Assembly: GCA_019058295.1 (NCBI GenBank)
Contig: JAHPZI010000006.1
Coordinates: 79,916 to 143,915, forward strand
Length of the DNA stretch: 64,000 bases
Origin: Promethearchaeota archaeon
GTDB lineage: Archaea; Asgardarchaeota; Lokiarchaeia; Sigyniarchaeales; SOKP01
Reading direction: 5' to 3'
This document shows positions 60,171 through 64,000 of the stretch, in pieces (the stretch's first letter is position 1; each line of letters starts with the position of its first letter). A program made the position numbers and the translations under genes. Under the pieces are notes generated by a model. The model was not told the origin of the DNA and made no database searches. It saw nothing but the letters and a program-made list of their open reading frames with translations.

Positions 60171-61808
60171 TTACTTTTTAAGAATTGCTTTTCGCTTTAT
60201 GATCACAATTAAAGAGATTATGGCAATAACAACAAATAGCAGATAATAATTTCCAAATGGAATTGTTTCATCATCATCATCATTAGCATCATCATCATCG
60301 TCAGCATAATATAAGGGTGTTGTCTTAGAAATTGAATGTTCAAAAATCCAGAGATCGTTTAAAAATCCTAGTGCCCCCGTATCAGGATAACCCGAACCTC
60401 CAAATAAGTAGAATTCACCATCAGCTCCAGTCCAAAAAGCAGACCCAGATCTAGCTCCTGGGGAGTTTGCACTATCAGGAATTCCCATAGTGCCATAAAC
60501 ACCATTCTGATCAAGAGTTTTATACCCCGATGTCCACGTCCACTCATGGGAAGTGATATCAAATTTCCAAAGGTCATTCAACGAACCATACGATCCCGTC
60601 TCAGGATAACCCACTCCTCCAAATACCCAGATATCTCCATTAGTATCGGCCCAAATAACAGCAGAGTATCTTCCTCCTGGGTAGTTAGCGCTATTAGGAG
60701 CTCCCTTCGTGCCATAAACACCATTTAAATTGTTAGTCTGGCTACCCGACATCCATGTCCACTCATAGGAAGTCATATTTAGCCTCCAGAGTTCATTCAT
60801 CCGATTTTCCCCTCCTATTTCAGCATGACCCCCAAATATCCAGAGATTTCCATTAGTATCAGTGCAATAACCAGTATAACGTCTAGCTCCAGGATAGTTT
60901 GCACTGTCAGGATCTCCCTCGGTGCCATAAACCCCAATTGCATTGTTAGTCTTATTACCCGATATCCATGTCCACTCAGAGGAAGTGATATTATATCTCC
61001 AAACATCATTCAACCTCCCATACGATCCCGACTCAGTATGGCCCCATCCTCCAAATAACCAGAGATTTCCATTAGTATCATTCCAGGAAACACTATCATA
61101 TCTACTTCCGGGGTAATTCGCACTGTCAGGATCTCCCTTGGTGCCGTAAACCCCATCTACATTTATAAACTTACTACCCGCCATCCATGTCCACTCAGAA
61201 GAAGTGATATTAAATCTCCAGAGATCAGTCAACCGACCTGAAGTTGTTTCATTTAAACCAAGTCCTCCAAATAGCCAGAAATTTCCCTCTTTATCTATCC
61301 AGGAAACAGCTAAATCTCTACCTCCTGGGTAATTTGCACTGTCAGGATCTCCCTTGGTGCCATAAACCCCAAATTCATAAGTTGTTTTATTACCTGATAT
61401 CCATGTCCATTCCTGAGATGTTTTATTGAATAACCAGAGGTCATTCAAGAAATCAGATGCCCCTGTTGTGGCTAAACCCACTCCTCCAAATAACCATAAA
61501 TTTCCATTTATATCAGTACTGGAAGTAGCACCATATCTGCCTCCTGGGAAATTTGCGCTGTCAGGAACTCCCTTGGTGCCATAATCACCATATGCATCAG
61601 CAGTCTTATTCCCCATCATCCAGGTCCACTCCACAACAACACCACTACTTTTTGGTGTGATTATTGGAACCTCTGCTTCAGAATCTGATTTATTCTCATT
61701 AGTCATCAAAGTTGAAGAGAAGAAAGATGTATAAAATATGATAGAAATCAATATTATACTAAAACTAATTGTAATCGGTTTGATTTTCATTATTTTTAAA
61801 TTTGTCAT
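60171..61808 (-). CDS. Kelch/galactose-oxidase-type beta-propeller surface protein with C-terminal anchor
   Basis: Six ~72-aa repeats PGxR...GNLWLFGG...LNDLW...EWTW; poly-D linker, IPFGN + TM + basic tail. Confidence 0.9.
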   Translation of the reverse strand: MTNLKIMKIKPITISFSIILISIIFYTSFFSSTLMTNENKSDSEAEVPIITPKSSGVVVEWTWMMGNKTADAYGDYGTKGVPDSANFPGGRYGATSSTDINGNLWLFGGVGLATTGASDFLNDLWLFNKTSQEWTWISGNKTTYEFGVYGTKGDPDSANYPGGRDLAVSWIDKEGNFWLFGGLGLNETTSGRLTDLWRFNITSSEWTWMAGSKFINVDGVYGTKGDPDSANYPGSRYDSVSWNDTNGNLWLFGGWGHTESGSYGRLNDVWRYNITSSEWTWISGNKTNNAIGVYGTEGDPDSANYPGARRYTGYCTDTNGNLWIFGGHAEIGGENRMNELWRLNMTSYEWTWMSGSQTNNLNGVYGTKGAPNSANYPGGRYSAVIWADTNGDIWVFGGVGYPETGSYGSLNDLWKFDITSHEWTWTSGYKTLDQNGVYGTMGIPDSANSPGARSGSAFWTGADGEFYLFGGSGYPDTGALGFLNDLWIFEHSISKTTPLYYADDDDDANDDDDETIPFGNYYLLFVVIAIISLIVIIKRKAILKK

Positions 61809-61945
61809 TATTTGACCAAAATATAATTATCTTTATAATGATGATTATTATATTTTTAAGGTTCTTATTACCAGTTTTCTCGAGTAAAATACCCCTCACT
61901 TCAGTATAAATTTCTTATTTTCTGAAATTAAAAGATACCTTAGTT

Positions 61946-61994
61946 ATTAATATTTATTTGTGAAATTGATACTCATCCTATGATCAAAATTTGA
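61946..61994 (+). repeat. 49-bp imperfect direct repeat, copy 2
   Basis: 42/49 identical to 59737..59785. Confidence 0.85.
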
Positions 61995-62165
61995 TAACTT
62001 ATTAGTCGGTTTACTCGCGCCGAATTAAGCATTCAATATAGGTTTATTGAGATTATTGACCAAAGATGATAAATTGAGATAGCTAATAATTTTTTGAATT
62101 ATATAACGGGTTATTATTTTAGCGTTGAACGCTTTTGAGCTCTCAATTGTAGGAAATAATTTTTA

Positions 62166-62825
62166 TTACAGCTCTATTAATTCAGTTTTGTTTGCTTGGT
62201 TAATTGCTTCTTTTAATCTATGTTGCCATGCATGGATTTTATCAATTTGATCAAATACATTTCGCTCTTCTATACCATAATCAACTATCTCTTCTACATT
62301 ATAGTAATCAATATATTCTTCTTCAATCTTATGACCTTGCTCGCTGAGTGATTGTTTTTGTTTGTATAATGGATAAATAGTTCGCCATTTGGTGTAGGCA
62401 TCTGTTTTTTCTATTACTTCAACACCAACAGCTTTTTTTGGTACAGCTTGTGCAGCTTCTTCCAATTTTGGAGCTATATCATTCTTTAAAACTAATAATT
62501 CTGGAATTGTAAGTTCAACTTCATTGCCTTCTAAATCAACCAATCTTGCTTTCGCTTTTTGGTTTGTCAATGATATTCTTAAGGCAATTTTTCTGTCTTC
62601 CTCTATTAGCTGTTTGATCTTTTCTTGACATTCTTCAATTGTATAGGTTCTTTTAAAATCTTTTTCAGAGCCCGGGATTTTAATAAATTTTTTCTCTCCT
62701 TCAATTTCTTTTGTCTGATACTTAATACTATCTTTTCCAGCAAGTCTTAGTCTATTTATCCAATTGTTAAGCTCAGACTCTATTTGCTTACGACGGGAAA
62801 ATGCGTCGCCCAATGTAAATACCAT
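62166..62825 (-). CDS. DIP1984-like (septicolysin-annotated family) coiled-coil protein
   Basis: TLGDAFSRRKQI, RISLTN...LTIPELL, LKEAINQANKTEL match the family layout from memory; AAGGTGA SD. Confidence 0.6.
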   Translation of the reverse strand: MVFTLGDAFSRRKQIESELNNWINRLRLAGKDSIKYQTKEIEGEKKFIKIPGSEKDFKRTYTIEECQEKIKQLIEEDRKIALRISLTNQKAKARLVDLEGNEVELTIPELLVLKNDIAPKLEEAAQAVPKKAVGVEVIEKTDAYTKWRTIYPLYKQKQSLSEQGHKIEEEYIDYYNVEEIVDYGIEERNVFDQIDKIHAWQHRLKEAINQANKTELIEL

Positions 62826-62861
62826 TTATTTCTTCACCTTTAATTTTATTTTTTGATTTAT

Positions 62862-63060
62862 TGGGTGCCAGCACGGTTGTCAAGGCTTGAAGGAGCCTTG
62901 TAAATGTATGATACCGATATATTCTATTATATTATGGGATATAGATCTAAATTTTTACTATATACGTCCAAAGCGTGACGTGCGCTTAGGTAGACAGCCT
63001 AAGTTTTGATAGATGTAATATTATAAAGTTTACAACCTTCATATTTGATCCGTGCTGGCT
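62862..63060 (-). ncRNA. Candidate structured non-coding RNA / 5' leader (~195 nt)
   Basis: Perfect 10-bp closing stem 63050-63059 / 62867-62876 enclosing five hairpins. Confidence 0.7.
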
Positions 63061-63081
63061 TGATTATAAAGGTTTAAGTCT

Positions 63082-63089
63082 TATTTAAA
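63082..63089 (-). promoter_or_regulatory. TATA box for the candidate RNA
   Basis: TTTAAATA ends 22 nt upstream of the 5' arm of the closing stem. Confidence 0.5.
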
Positions 63090-63139
63090 TATTGCTATGA
63101 AATTAAATTTCTATAAAAAAAAATAATATTTTTTATATA

Positions 63140-63337
63140 CTAACTCAAAACCATGGATATAAGATATAACATATCAAGGGTCATTTGGAATATAAGAACA
63201 GCTACAACCGACCAGACAGCTATGGAGAGAATCATATGATTACATTTTTGATCCTTTTTTGACAATTCCTGTCCACAGTTTTGACAATAGTTTATTGCGC
63301 CTTCCAAATGATAACCACATTTTTTACATAGAATCAT
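63140..63337 (-). CDS. Small zinc-ribbon protein with C-terminal TM
   Basis: CKKCG...YCQNCG; GGTGA SD. Confidence 0.7.
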   Translation of the reverse strand: MILCKKCGYHLEGAINYCQNCGQELSKKDQKCNHMILSIAVWSVVAVLIFQMTLDMLYLISMVLS

Positions 63338-63381
63338 TATTTTTATCACCCTTCTATTTTAGAATTATATTTTATTTCATT

Positions 63382-63714
63382 TTATTCTTCTGAATATGCT
63401 TTTGCTTTGCGAACTCTTAATATTTTTGAACCAAAAAGTTCTAAATTTTTTATTTGCTTTAATTTTTCTGAAAAATAAGTAATTTTACCATCAGGGCCCT
63501 TTCTATTATCAACCATTTTTACAAAAAAATATTTATGAAGATATTTGCCAATACACCAAGTAATGACGGTTCTCGGTTTTTTTCTTTGAGAGCTAAAACA
63601 CCACCAATCTTTACAACGTTTAGAGCAAAATATATGCGTCGAAGGAGTTTGAAGTTTGTTTACTAATAGCACCGGTTTTTTATTTATAGCCCTTCTGCAA
63701 TATTCACATATCAT
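63382..63714 (-). CDS. TRASH/MYM-type zinc-finger protein
   Basis: CEYC...HIFCSKRC. Confidence 0.65.
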   Translation of the reverse strand: MICEYCRRAINKKPVLLVNKLQTPSTHIFCSKRCKDWWCFSSQRKKPRTVITWCIGKYLHKYFFVKMVDNRKGPDGKITYFSEKLKQIKNLELFGSKILRVRKAKAYSEE

Positions 63715-63732
63715 GAGTCTTTTTTACAATTT

Positions 63733-63870
63733 CTATAAAATTTCTAAAATTTGTCTATTATTAAATTCTCTGAGAGAATTTTTAATCATTTCTCCTTCAA
63801 TATCTGAAAACTCATCATCTTCTCCATCAATTAGAATACTATTTAGTATTTCTTCTATTCTTTCTGACAT
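63733..63870 (-). CDS. Small acidic protein, 45 aa (not in ORF track)
   Basis: GGTGA SD then MSERIEEILNSILIDGEDDEFSDIEGEMIKNSLREFNNRQILEIL*. Confidence 0.5.
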   Translation of the reverse strand: MSERIEEILNSILIDGEDDEFSDIEGEMIKNSLREFNNRQILEIL

Positions 63871-64000
63871 TTTATCACCATTTTAAAATTTATGATTATA
63901 GAGATTATACACAAGTTTTATTATCGTTATATTTAAAGAAAAAAATTAGATTGGGTACCAAATTCAGTGATGATTCGATGATTTAATCATAATTTGTGTA

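Noticed and set aside
60400-61600. Regularly spaced near-identical DNA repeats (~216-219 nt period) suggesting CRISPR
   Set aside because: They are in-frame kelch blades of one ORF; no spacer structure and no cas genes.
62862-63060. Candidate RNA as tRNA, SRP RNA, RNase P RNA or SECIS
   Set aside because: No cloverleaf or T-loop consensus, no SRP helix-8 or RNase P P4 motif, and it lies 5' of a gene with no in-frame UGA.
63720-63740. Stop-codon readthrough (Pyl/Sec) at the TAG joining two ORFs
   Set aside because: A TAA follows two codons later, so readthrough would not fuse them.
488-63886. Many short antisense or overlapping ORFs in the track (e.g. 488..775, 14041..14466, 15838..16200, 33693..34058, 53184..53465, 63656..63886)
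   Set aside because: They are shadows of well-supported genes on the other strand or frame and have no motifs.

Overview
AT-rich archaeal chromosome segment, almost certainly Asgard/Lokiarchaeia. The assignment rests on archaeal core genes together with an Arf/Rab-like small GTPase, LRR proteins, a eukaryote-like STT3/AglB, bacterial-type uvrA/uvrB and a histone. Most of the window is housekeeping: Taw1, ApgM, EngB, EF-2, CCA enzyme, aIF5B, TruA, RFC-S, enolase, Csl4, Rpo11, EF-1a, aIF2a, Nop10, GINS-PriS-PriL-PCNA, eS27/eL42, PyrB, and rpo1N-rpo1C-eL30-nusA-uS12-uS7. No rRNA, tRNA or CRISPR array was seen. Main observations: (1) a ~195-nt GC-enriched, multi-hairpin RNA with its own TATA box directly upstream of a DIP1984-like coiled-coil gene (candidate new RNP or cis-regulatory system); (2) a ~5.8-kb accessory island between uvrB and uvrA, marked by an unannotated duplicate uvrA 5' fragment and carrying a HEPN nuclease, a TIGR04255/PemK-like three-gene module, a small TM peptide and a decayed LRR gene; (3) apparent ATC/ATT/ATA start codons, including on essential uS12; (4) a wHTH-ATP-cone-dead-NrdD fusion; (5) an H1-like (PAKKA)11 tail on RNA polymerase Rpo1N; (6) a winged-helix insert inside Taw1. 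All family calls come from motif recognition by eye; no searches were run.
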